A DNA stretch of 62,462 bases, the filler included. It is 5 parts of 5 records of this genome, joined end to end, with 100 filler letters (N's around TTAATTAATTAA, not from the genome) between each part and the next. Parts side by side here need not be neighbours in the genome. Positions count along the whole stretch, not along the records: positions 51,076 to 62,462 come from SRR31156797_5492; 4 more parts are not named here. One strand, 5' to 3'. The position numbers and the translations under genes are program-made. This document shows positions 53,489-62,462 of the stretch, piece after piece (positions within the stretch are counted from its first letter, which is position 1; each line of letters begins with the position of its first letter). The notes under the pieces were generated by a model. It saw nothing but the letters and a program-made list of their open reading frames with translations. It was not told where the DNA came from and did no database searches.

Positions 53489-54520
53489 CTAATCAATGGC
53501 AATTACCATATCTTTGTCTTTTATCCACTCTAGCTTTCTCAAAGCCAGATATATTAACAAGCTAAGGATGGCAGGAAGAATGAAATGGAGGGATATTACG
53601 ATGAGTGCAAGTATTACTGTTGAATACTGACCAGCCATTGCTTCAAATGTCCCTATCTGTCCAACAAAACCAGATGTACCCATACCGGCACCGAAGGATG
53701 TATTCTTCATTTTAAAGATTACCGTAGCAATAGGTCCTAGGATAGCACCGGCTATAGTTGGCGGTATCAGTATAGCAGGACGCTTCACAATATTTGGAAC
53801 CTGAAGCATAGATGTACCTAAGCCTTGTGCCAGAACACCGCCCCATCCGTTGTCTCTGTATGAAATCGTTGCAAATCCAATCATCTGTGCAGCACAGCCA
53901 ACTGTGGCAGCACCTGCGGCTAAACCTTCTAGTCCTAGCATAATGCAAAGGGCAGCAGATGAAATTGGTGCAGTCAGGCATAGTCCTACGATTACCGCAA
54001 CTGCAATACCCATTGGGAAGGGTGCTAATTCTGTTGCAGAATTGATTACACTACCTAACCATGTCATAAATGAACTAATTGGAGGACCTACCAGATGTCC
54101 TGCCAGACAGCCGACGATGATAACAGCAAGGGGTGTAGCGATGATGTCGATTCTGATTTTGCGAGCATACTTATTTACAAAGCCGCCAAACTCTGCACCG
54201 ATAATAGCTGCCACGTACGCGCCTACTGGTCCGCCTAATAGATATCCATATGCACCGGAAACTGCAGATGCAAATACTACAAGCAGTGAGTGCTTCATGC
54301 CGTATGCTATAGCAACACCAATAGCTGCACCTACTACGTAGGAGCTCATTGCAGTTTTAGCAAATTCAGCCAAAATCTCAAATGATACATTGCCGATAGT
54401 GATAGTTGAGATCTGCTTTAAGATAAGTCCTACAATCAGTGAGGCAAAAAGTCCTAGTGCCATGGTTCTTAAGGCATCAATAAAATACCTTTTTCCCAGT
54501 TGTTTCAGTTTTTCTTTCAT
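53489..54520 (-). CDS. PTS EIIC-like membrane protein (PfoR/EIIC_2 family)
   Basis: MALGLFASL, PISSAA, QGLGTSMLQ and GMGTSG.VG; no EIIA/EIIB nearby. Confidence 0.8.
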   Translation of the reverse strand: MKEKLKQLGKRYFIDALRTMALGLFASLIVGLILKQISTITIGNVSFEILAEFAKTAMSSYVVGAAIGVAIAYGMKHSLLVVFASAVSGAYGYLLGGPVGAYVAAIIGAEFGGFVNKYARKIRIDIIATPLAVIIVGCLAGHLVGPPISSFMTWLGSVINSATELAPFPMGIAVAVIVGLCLTAPISSAALCIMLGLEGLAAGAATVGCAAQMIGFATISYRDNGWGGVLAQGLGTSMLQVPNIVKRPAILIPPTIAGAILGPIATVIFKMKNTSFGAGMGTSGFVGQIGTFEAMAGQYSTVILALIVISLHFILPAILSLLIYLALRKLEWIKDKDMVIAID

Positions 54521-54832
54521 TTTAAAACCTTTCTTAGTCAAATGTTTACTCGAGTTAGGCTTTTTTTAATGATGTTGGCTAGTAATTATGATTACTTTTT
54601 GCCAATTGATTTGTAAATTATGTGTTAGCAAGAAATTATAAAGGAATTTAGGGAAAATATCAAATTATATTTTTATGCAAATTTTTCAATTTCCATAAAC
54701 GCTAAAAATTTACTAGTCTAAAAATAAAAAAATTACACACAATATAATCACAAAGGTAATTTACTGGCAATGAAGGTTAGTTGTATAGGACAAGGCATTG
54801 TGAGTAAGTATTTGAGCTGGTAATAACCTTTC

Positions 54833-54863
54833 AAGGATGGCTTTTTTTAAGCCATCCTTTATT
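54833..54863 (+). terminator. Intrinsic terminator in the divergent intergenic region
   Basis: AAGGATGGCTT-TTTTT-AAGCCATCCTT followed by TATT. Confidence 0.55.
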
Positions 54864-54949
54864 CGTTAATATGACATGTAAATAAATTGATAAATAATGA
54901 AATACTAATTACTTATAGCACATTTAAAATTATTAAACAGCAATATTGC

Positions 54950-55008
54950 TTGACACTATTGAGATACTGTAATATGATGTAGTTAACAGTGTTAATTAAC
55001 ACTGTTAA
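54950..55008 (+). promoter_or_regulatory. sigmaA promoter and TetR operator
   Basis: TTGACA (54950)-N17-TATGAT (54973); perfect 26-bp palindrome TTAACAGTGTTAATTAACACTGTTAA (54983-55008) over the expected start site. Confidence 0.8.
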
Positions 55009-55026
55009 TGTAATGGTGATTGGATT

Positions 55027-55623
55027 ATGAAGAGAAAAACAGATAACCCCAAAAAACAAGAAATCATAGATGTAACGATGAACTTAATAGACAAAAACGG
55101 AGGTGCACTTGGTGTCAACTTGAGGGAGATTGCAAGAATTGCAGGGTGCTCTGCACCTAATATATATAATTATTTTGAAAGTTTTGATGACATTCTAAAT
55201 ATTGCATTAACAATAACCTGCAAAGAGTTTTCATCAATGCTGCAGCAGGCTTTATCATCTGCTAAGGAATGTGAGGATTTATTGCAAGTGGCTACTAAGG
55301 CTTTCATATGCTATTTAGTAAACTATCCGGGGCGAATTAATTTCTTCTATTTCGAAAAGTTAAATAACACTGTGTATGCACAGACTCAAAAATCCGCAGA
55401 AAATGTAGCGGAACAGATGGCTATGCTGTTAATCAAAGAATCAAATATCAAGCTTGATGAATCCAAAGCGTATGAAATCAGCAGCATTGTTCATTGGTAT
55501 ATTGTTGGACAGCTTTCAGAGTATATTACCGGCAGAAAGATAATAGAAGATAGAGAAACTTATATCCGAGAGTTGATTATTCAATCTAAAAAAGTTATGG
55601 ATACTTTAATAATTAACTACTAG
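55027..55623 (+). CDS. TetR/AcrR-family regulator
   Basis: HTH NLREIARIAGCSAPNIYNYF. Confidence 0.9.
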   Translation: MKRKTDNPKKQEIIDVTMNLIDKNGGALGVNLREIARIAGCSAPNIYNYFESFDDILNIALTITCKEFSSMLQQALSSAKECEDLLQVATKAFICYLVNYPGRINFFYFEKLNNTVYAQTQKSAENVAEQMAMLLIKESNIKLDESKAYEISSIVHWYIVGQLSEYITGRKIIEDRETYIRELIIQSKKVMDTLIINY

Positions 55624-55643
55624 GCAAAAAGCGGAGGTTAGGC

Positions 55644-56531
55644 ATGAATGCAAAAATGTGTCAAGTTACTGTTTTGACTATTGTACTAATTGTTTTTGTT
55701 ACTGTATTATCAATATCAGCAATTGTATTAGATGATGGCGGCACTTCATATAATTTTACTTCAGTTCGAGGAGAAGACGTTACAATGTACGGTGGTGACG
55801 GGATTTACAAATATGACAATGTGGAAAAAGCGCTGATGATGAGAGCATACGATATGTTTTATCTAATCGGAGCAATTCCATTGCTGATAATTTCATTAGT
55901 GTTATATACCAAGAGAAGTTATATTGGATATTTCAGTATGATTTCTGTTCTATTCTTTCTAATATATAGTTTCATAATATCTAGCATTGGAACAGCTTAC
56001 AATGAATTCTTTCTGGTCTATATGATGATTTATGTCATAAGTTTTTTTGATTTAGTATTAATAATACAGCAGGTATCTTTTGATGAACTAAAGGATGTAG
56101 TTATTCCCAAAGTTCCTAGAAAAGCTATAGCCATCTTTGTTATTTTTCTGGCTGGCTATTTTATTGTCAGCTGGCTAATCATAGATATAAGGACTTTGCT
56201 TTTTGACAACATTCATCCAAACTTATCCCTATATACCACAGCAGATACAAACATTACAGACTTAAGCATATTTGCACCTCTATCGATTACCGGAGGTATA
56301 CTTTTGCTCAGGAAGAGACCCTTTGGAGTTATTCTTACTATTGGACAAATCATTATGGCTTTTATGACACTTGTTGCATTAACCATTTACTCAGTATTAA
56401 ATACTGTATACAATAATCTGAGTTTGTATGATATTGAATTTATATTACCCTTCTTTGCACTGGTATGTTTAGCTTTTGGTATAATATCTGTCAGAAATCT
56501 AGCGAAAAAGAGATTTACGGTAAAGAATTAG
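55644..56531 (+). CDS. Multi-pass membrane protein of unknown function
   Basis: About 8 hydrophobic segments; GGAGG RBS; 20 nt after tetR. Confidence 0.75.
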   Translation: MNAKMCQVTVLTIVLIVFVTVLSISAIVLDDGGTSYNFTSVRGEDVTMYGGDGIYKYDNVEKALMMRAYDMFYLIGAIPLLIISLVLYTKRSYIGYFSMISVLFFLIYSFIISSIGTAYNEFFLVYMMIYVISFFDLVLIIQQVSFDELKDVVIPKVPRKAIAIFVIFLAGYFIVSWLIIDIRTLLFDNIHPNLSLYTTADTNITDLSIFAPLSITGGILLLRKRPFGVILTIGQIIMAFMTLVALTIYSVLNTVYNNLSLYDIEFILPFFALVCLAFGIISVRNLAKKRFTVKN

Positions 56532-56709
56532 ATTTATATTTCATTATATAACACATTTCAATCCTCTAAAATACTGGGATTTTCCAGCATTGTAAGCACA
56601 ATCCTCTTAATTTTATCTGTAAATATTTCTGCTTAGTTGTTAATTTTCATTTACACATATGTCAAACTTATATTATACTATTGTGGTAAATGAAAGTATG
56701 AGGTGTACA

Positions 56710-57255
56710 ATGGATTTTAAAGATTTGGTACTGAAGAGAGAATCAGAGAGAAAATATATTGATAAAAGTATTTCACGAGAGGATTTGGAACTGATGGTAA
56801 GAGCAGGCCTGGCTTCGCCAAGTGCATGCAATTCCCAACCGTGGTCATTTGTGGTGGTAGATGACGAAAAGCTGGTAGCAGAAGTAGCAAATACTACATT
56901 TAATTCTGTGGTTAGGTTTAATAAATTTACAGTGAATGCAAAGGCATTTATCGTTATAGTTATGGAAAAAACGAATTTTAAATCTTTTGCTGGTTCGATA
57001 ACTACAAATTTAGAATACAATTTTATTGATTTAGGAATTGCAGCGGAGAATATTTGTCTGCAGGCAGCTGACTTAGGAATTGGAACATGTATATTGGGCT
57101 ATTTTAATCAAAATAAGGTGAAGAAACTACTTAATATTGATAAAAATAAACGAGTAGGATTATTGATTTCTGCAGGTTACAGTGATAATGAGAATCCAAG
57201 AGAGAAGAAAAGACGTGATTACTCTGATGCCTGTAAATTCAATTCATACAAATAG
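56710..57255 (+). CDS. Nitroreductase-family flavoprotein
   Basis: RESERKY, SPSACNSQPW, DLGIA..N..L.A..LGIGTC; GAGGTG RBS. Confidence 0.9.
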   Translation: MDFKDLVLKRESERKYIDKSISREDLELMVRAGLASPSACNSQPWSFVVVDDEKLVAEVANTTFNSVVRFNKFTVNAKAFIVIVMEKTNFKSFAGSITTNLEYNFIDLGIAAENICLQAADLGIGTCILGYFNQNKVKKLLNIDKNKRVGLLISAGYSDNENPREKKRRDYSDACKFNSYK

Positions 57256-57264
57256 GTCAGCATT

Positions 57265-59496
57265 ATGAAGAAAAGATATATTTTATTATTAATAGTTGTG
57301 ATATTTATGATTACTCTTTTATCATCCTGTAATAAAGCTGATGAGCCGTCTATTGAGGATACTATAAATAATATTAACGCAAAGGAATACGTAAGGATTT
57401 ATGGAAATCTCTCAGCTGGCAGTAAACAGAAAATCAGCATGAATGAGTTCTGTAATATTTTTGAAGTAACGTATGATAAATTAACATTGACTTACGTAAC
57501 TCCTTATATCAATGATATTTTATCTCCCGAGGAAAAGGAACAGATATTACTTGCTGACAGCGATAATGAGACTATAGACAGACAGTTTTTGGACTGCACG
57601 ACAGTTTACTACACTAACAATTTGGATACACAAATGTATGGGCAGATGAGTTTCGAGTACAAGATACACTTCATAAAAGAAGATGAAGAATGGAAGATAG
57701 TATTTGACGAATCTATGGTTTTCCCGGGTATGGACAAAGGGGACAAGTTAGCCGTGACTTTGCTGGAGCCGTTAAGAGGTGAGATATTTGACTGTAATGC
57801 CAATCTTTTGGCGAAAAATGATCATGCTATTACAGTCTATGCGAATATTGACAAAATTGATGACGGCGAGGCGTTTATCAGAACCATTGCACCTTTGATA
57901 GGTACAACAGAAAACTATGTATCCGAAAAGATTGCAGAATATTTTAAAATAGTAGAGCGAAATCTGGAAATTGAGCAGCAACAGGAATTGATTGAAGCAG
58001 GTACAGATATTCCTGAGGAAGAGATACTTACTGAATACACTGGCTATGATTCAATCGTGGTACTCCAAACTTATGACAAATCCGAAGGAATTCCAGAATA
58101 TATCGAGGAACAGATGCTGACTGTTGCAGGTCTTGGCATTGATACTTCTTCTATGACCAGAGTCAGAACATATCCCTACGGACAGTTTATGTGCCATACT
58201 TTAGGTTATGTAGGTGTTGTAAGTGCAGAGGAAGTATCAAGCGGAACATACGCAAATCTACCATCATCAGCAATTGTAGGCAAAGATGGTATTGAAAAAA
58301 AATATAATAGCACCCTGCAAGGTGAATACGGCTTCAAAATAGATATAATTGGTGAAAATGGTGTTGTAGCATCTACTCCATACAAGAAAAAAGCAGTAAG
58401 CGGTACAGATATATGGCTGACTATTGATGTAAATACTCAGCTTCGTACTGAAATGCTGCTGATGCAGCAATTAACGGATGAGATGGCTGGATGTGTAGTA
58501 GTTCTTGATCCTACAACAGGAGAGATTGAGTCTATTGCATCAAATCCTGGATACAATCCCAATGAATTTGTACAGGGGATTTCTGTAGACAGATGGAATG
58601 AGATTTCAGATCCTGAAAGCAATAATCCAATGTATAACAGGGCAACCAGCGGCAGATATCCTCCGGGTTCGACATTTAAGCCATTTACTGCGGCTATAGC
58701 GATGGATACAAATTCAGTATCTTATGATTATGTAATGCATGAAAAGATAGAGAACAATGAATGGTTGCCTGACCGTGATGACTGGGTGTATCCGGCTATT
58801 ACCAGATTCAGTGCTACAGGTGGTTCACTTAATTTACGCAATGCTATGATTAATTCTGATAATATATACTTTGCTTTTGCAGCGCTGGAAGTGGGTAGTC
58901 AGCAATTCTATGAAGAAATGCAGAGAATAGGATTTGACACAGCTATTTCCACTGATATTGATGTAGCAACACCAAGAATTAGCAATGACGGTGTTTTCGG
59001 TAAGATAAATCTATTGGCAGACACAGGGTATGGTCAGGGCGAAATGCTTATATCTCCTTTACAGATGGCTGCTATGTTCGGAGCATTTGCAAATAGCGGC
59101 GATATTATGAGCCCTTATATAATTGAGAGCACCAGAGGCTATGTGGACGATAAATATCAGGTAATAAACCAAACTCAGCCTACAATCTGGCGTGAGGATG
59201 TTGTTACTTCATATTCGGTTACAAAGATTGATTCACTTCTAAAGGAAGTAGTTGCTATAGGTACTGGTAACCTTGTTAAAATAAGCGGACTAAATATATA
59301 CGGCAAAACAGGAACGGCGGAAATAGGCAATGATAAATCCCGAGAGATTGCTTGGTTTATTGGTTATGTGTATTATCCTGAGCCAAGGCTTGTGTGTGTT
59401 ACTATTGAAGTTCCAGCAGGCGAAGGTGCAGTCAGATATGATATAGCAAAGACTTTATTGTCAGACAGTTATTATGAGACTGACGGTGGAAATTAA
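57265..59496 (+). CDS. Class B penicillin-binding protein (MecA/PBP5-like architecture), probable lipoprotein
   Basis: LSSC lipobox, RGEIFD, R.YP, STFK, SDNIYFA, LADTGYGQGE and KTGT. Confidence 0.9.
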   Translation: MKKRYILLLIVVIFMITLLSSCNKADEPSIEDTINNINAKEYVRIYGNLSAGSKQKISMNEFCNIFEVTYDKLTLTYVTPYINDILSPEEKEQILLADSDNETIDRQFLDCTTVYYTNNLDTQMYGQMSFEYKIHFIKEDEEWKIVFDESMVFPGMDKGDKLAVTLLEPLRGEIFDCNANLLAKNDHAITVYANIDKIDDGEAFIRTIAPLIGTTENYVSEKIAEYFKIVERNLEIEQQQELIEAGTDIPEEEILTEYTGYDSIVVLQTYDKSEGIPEYIEEQMLTVAGLGIDTSSMTRVRTYPYGQFMCHTLGYVGVVSAEEVSSGTYANLPSSAIVGKDGIEKKYNSTLQGEYGFKIDIIGENGVVASTPYKKKAVSGTDIWLTIDVNTQLRTEMLLMQQLTDEMAGCVVVLDPTTGEIESIASNPGYNPNEFVQGISVDRWNEISDPESNNPMYNRATSGRYPPGSTFKPFTAAIAMDTNSVSYDYVMHEKIENNEWLPDRDDWVYPAITRFSATGGSLNLRNAMINSDNIYFAFAALEVGSQQFYEEMQRIGFDTAISTDIDVATPRISNDGVFGKINLLADTGYGQGEMLISPLQMAAMFGAFANSGDIMSPYIIESTRGYVDDKYQVINQTQPTIWREDVVTSYSVTKIDSLLKEVVAIGTGNLVKISGLNIYGKTGTAEIGNDKSREIAWFIGYVYYPEPRLVCVTIEVPAGEGAVRYDIAKTLLSDSYYETDGGN

Positions 59497-59607
59497 GTAT
59501 GATAATTAAAAGTATAGTACTAAAGGTCATAAACAGCGACCAAACTATACATATTAAGGAGTGTAAACAAGTTTTTTATTGACATTTACTATGGTATAAT
59601 ATAACTT

Positions 59608-60900
59608 ATGAAAAGTGTAAGAAAAATCATCATATCTATATGTTTAGTTGGATATATTGCAGGTGCAGTAGACGCAGTATCTGCAGAAAATACAAGCAAT
59701 ACAGTGCATGTTATTAGACTTCATGGAGAGGTAAATGATGCAATGGCAGATTATCTAATCAGAGAGTTAGCTGTTGCAGAAGAAAATAATATGAATGCTG
59801 TTATTGATATTGATACTTGGGGCGGATTTATTACTGCCGCAGATGAAGTATCTAATGCTTTGCTCAATACAAATGTTAAAACAACTGCATTTGTCAGCGG
59901 AAAGGCTATATCAGCAGGGGTAATACTTACTATTTCCTGTGACAATATCGCTATGAAAGAGAGTGCGCATATCGGTGCTGCAGAACCTATTCCAAATACA
60001 GAGAAGATATTATCAGCATGGAAGGGAATGCTCTCGACAGCCTGCAGCGTAAAAGGCAGAGACGAAGAGATTGTGCATGCTATGGCGGATTCCAGAATTA
60101 TTATTGAGGAATTGAGCATAGAAGGCGAGCTGCTATCCCTAAGTGCTAGTCAAGCAGTTGAATTAGATATAGCAGATAAAATCTGTGAAAACATAGAGGA
60201 AGTAATCACTGAATTTGATTTAGGCGAAGACTATCAAATGGCAAAGATTACTGCCAGCGACAGGGTTGCAAGAGCTATTACCAGTACTGTAGCTATGAAT
60301 ATATTCTTTATATTAGGATTCACATTCCTTTTGATTGAAATTTTCACAGCAGGTTTCGGTATCGCAGGAGTAATATCAATTATCTGCTTTGTAATGTACT
60401 ACTTCAGCGGTATAATAGCAGGTACTGCCGAATGGTGGTCGGTTATACTTTTTGCATTAGGTGTTGCATTCCTGATTGCAGAGATGTTTATACCTGGTTT
60501 CGGGATATTTGGCATAGCGGGACTTGTTATGTGTCTGCTGGGATTGGTATTTTCATCAAGTTCATTTGAACAGTTTACAAACAGAGCAGGTATTGCACTG
60601 GCAGTATGTGCTATAATGATACCGGTACTTATTCTAATATTTGGCAAGATAGATCTCTTTGCTAAGGTTACCAATTCCGAAGTTCAGTCGCTGGAGGAGG
60701 GATATTCGGTAATAAAAGAGTTCCAGAAGGTAAAAATAGGGCAAGAGGCAAAGGTTGTAAATGACCTTCGTCCTGTAGGCACTATTGAGATTGACGGTAC
60801 AAGGTATGATGCCTATACTGACGATGGATATATTCAAAAGGGCGATACTGTAGAGGTAGTTGGGACAAAGGCTTCCTCTGTAATTGTCCGCAAATTATAA
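59608..60900 (+). CDS. nfeD: Long-form NfeD (ClpP-like domain, TM region, OB fold)
   Basis: IDTWGG, AISAG, IGAAEP, EMFIPGFG and LRPVG. Confidence 0.88.
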   Translation: MKSVRKIIISICLVGYIAGAVDAVSAENTSNTVHVIRLHGEVNDAMADYLIRELAVAEENNMNAVIDIDTWGGFITAADEVSNALLNTNVKTTAFVSGKAISAGVILTISCDNIAMKESAHIGAAEPIPNTEKILSAWKGMLSTACSVKGRDEEIVHAMADSRIIIEELSIEGELLSLSASQAVELDIADKICENIEEVITEFDLGEDYQMAKITASDRVARAITSTVAMNIFFILGFTFLLIEIFTAGFGIAGVISIICFVMYYFSGIIAGTAEWWSVILFALGVAFLIAEMFIPGFGIFGIAGLVMCLLGLVFSSSSFEQFTNRAGIALAVCAIMIPVLILIFGKIDLFAKVTNSEVQSLEEGYSVIKEFQKVKIGQEAKVVNDLRPVGTIEIDGTRYDAYTDDGYIQKGDTVEVVGTKASSVIVRKL

Positions 60901-60947
60901 ACAATAGGTTTACTTACAAACCTAAATATTTTTTAAGGAAATGAAAA

Positions 60948-62462
60948 ATGGGATTATTCGGTTCACGAGACGATAAAGTGATAAAGAAGCTGATGAAGCA
61001 GGTTGAGCAAATCAACGAGATTGAAAAAGAGTATACAAACCTATCAAAGGAAGAGCTGCAGGGAAAAACAATTGAATTCAAAGAACGCATCAAAGAAGGT
61101 GAAACCCTAGATGAAATCCTGCCAGAGGCATTTGCAGCTGTAAAGGTTGCTGCTACTCGTGCAGTTGGTGAAACGCCCTATGATGTACAGATTTTGGGTG
61201 CTATTGTCCTGCATCAGGGTAGAATTGCGGAACTAAAAACCGGTGAAGGTAAGACATTGATGTCCACTATGGCAGGTTATTTGAATGCATTGTCTGGCAA
61301 AGGTGTTCACCTGGTCACAGTAAATGAATATCTGGCAAAGCACCAAAGCGAATGGATGGGTAAGATATACTCATATCTTGGAATTACGGTAGGGTTAATT
61401 GGCAGAGGTCAGAATACTAAACAGAAGCAGGCAGCATACAATGCTGATATTACATACGGTATTTCATCTGAATACGGCTTTGACTATCTTCGTGACAGCG
61501 GAGCTATGATTAAGCAGAGCGTAGTACAAAGAGAGCTTAACTACGTAATGATTGACGAAATAGACTCAATTTTGATTGACGAAGCCAGAAGCCCGCTTAT
61601 TATTTCCGATTCATCAGGTGGCAAGATGAAGCAGTATGGCAAAGCTAATAGCTTCATAAAGACATTGAAAGCTCGTCCAGAAGCACCGCCTACTGATAAA
61701 TTCGCTGAATATGATGAAAATGATCCTAAATATCACGGTGATTATGACGCTGACGAAAAGGGCAACACTGCCGCCTTAACAGAGGAAGGTGTTACCAAAG
61801 CGGAGAAATACTTTGGAGTTAATAATCTCTCTGATATTGAAAATATTGAAATATCCCATTCTATTAATCAGGCATTGCATGCACACGCATTGATGCACAG
61901 AGATAAGGACTATGTTATCAAAGACAGACAGGTAATAATAGTTGATAAAAATACTGGTCGTCTGCGTCCTGGCAGAAGATTTTCCGATGGTCTCCACCAA
62001 GCTATAGAAGCAAAGGAAAATGTGCCTATTCAAAGAGAATCAAAGACAATATCATCTATCACTTTGCAGAACTACTTCCGTATGTATGATAAGGTATCAG
62101 GTATGACAGCTACTGCAAAGACTGAGGAAGAAGAATTCCGCACAATCTATGGTATGGATGTAGTTGTGATTCCTACTAATAAGCCAGTAATAAGAATTGA
62201 TGAAGAAGATAGTATCTATACAACTGAAAAGTATAAATTCAATGCAATAATAGAAAACATCAAGGAATGCCAGAAAACAGGTCAGCCAGTATTGGTAGGT
62301 ACAGCTTCCGTTGAAGCATCTGAAACACTGTCCAAAATGCTTAAAAAGCAAAGGATAGTACATGATGTGCTAAATGCAAAGAACCATGAGCGTGAAGCAG
62401 AGATAGTATCTCAAGCTGGTAGACTAAACAGGATTACAATCGCTACAAATATGGCTGGTCGT
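60948..62462 (+). CDS. secA: Preprotein translocase ATPase SecA (3' truncated; not in the ORF track)
   Basis: [10 protein letters not shown]...[55 protein letters not shown]; ends at TNMAGR at the window edge. Confidence 0.96.
   Translation, partial: MGLFGSRDDKVIKKLMKQVEQINEIEKEYTNLSKEELQGKTIEFKERIKEGETLDEILPEAFAAVKVAATRAVGETPYDVQILGAIVLHQGRIAELKTGEGKTLMSTMAGYLNALSGKGVHLVTVNEYLAKHQSEWMGKIYSYLGITVGLIGRGQNTKQKQAAYNADITYGISSEYGFDYLRDSGAMIKQSVVQRELNYVMIDEIDSILIDEARSPLIISDSSGGKMKQYGKANSFIKTLKARPEAPPTDKFAEYDENDPKYHGDYDADEKGNTAALTEEGVTKAEKYFGVNNLSDIENIEISHSINQALHAHALMHRDKDYVIKDRQVIIVDKNTGRLRPGRRFSDGLHQAIEAKENVPIQRESKTISSITLQNYFRMYDKVSGMTATAKTEEEEFRTIYGMDVVVIPTNKPVIRIDEEDSIYTTEKYKFNAIIENIKECQKTGQPVLVGTASVEASETLSKMLKKQRIVHDVLNAKNHEREAEIVSQAGRLNRITIATNMAGR

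Noticed and set aside
54760..54830. T-box or fluoride riboswitch reading of the structured region
   Set aside because: No T-box GGTGGNACC antiterminator and no fluoride-riboswitch pseudoknot consensus.
59579..59600. TTGACA and TATAAT as a consensus -35/-10 pair
   Set aside because: Spacing is only 10 nt; treated as an extended -10 promoter instead.

Overview
This window is not one locus. It is five unrelated contigs joined by artificial 100-nt spacers (44 N + TTAATTAATTAA + 44 N) at 8967-9066, 31750-31849, 45526-45625 and 50976-51075, so nothing should be inferred from adjacency across spacers. (A) 1-8966, GC-rich alphaproteobacterium: sugar/sugar-acid catabolic cluster with a beta-hydroxyacid dehydrogenase, an atypical transaldolase-family enzyme, an RpiR/IolR regulator, IolC kinase-aldolase and a convergent TRAP transporter. 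(B) 9067-31749, Enterococcus-like core genome: end of a CnaB surface protein, secG-esterase-rnr-smpB, atpBEFHAGDC, murA, yidD, ROK, livKHMGF-acuB and the start of tRNA-Tyr. (C) 31850-45525, alphaproteobacterium: ydcF-plsC, class II RNR nrdJ, two VOC genes (one FosA-like), tandem chaC, DUF2125, yqgE, tyrC-hisC-chorismate mutase, metX-metW and CGTC-type REP elements. (D) 45626-50975, spirochaete-like: mltG-dnaG-rpoD-zinc-ribbon gene-rnpB. (E) 51076-62462, AT-rich clostridial-type contig: hydrolase-fold protein, dGTPase, EIIC-like protein, TetR unit, nitroreductase, MecA-like PBP, nfeD and partial secA. Most of the content is housekeeping. I see no phage, CRISPR or clear defence system. The best candidates for undescribed biology are the segment A pathway (iolC with no adjacent iolDEB, plus a transaldolase whose Gln/Met active-site signature fits neither TAL nor FSA), the FosA-like/tandem ChaC block in C, a possible orphan structured RNA in E, and two alpha/beta hydrolases lacking the nucleophile. 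All family calls and taxon assignments are by eye from motifs and gene order; no database search was run.
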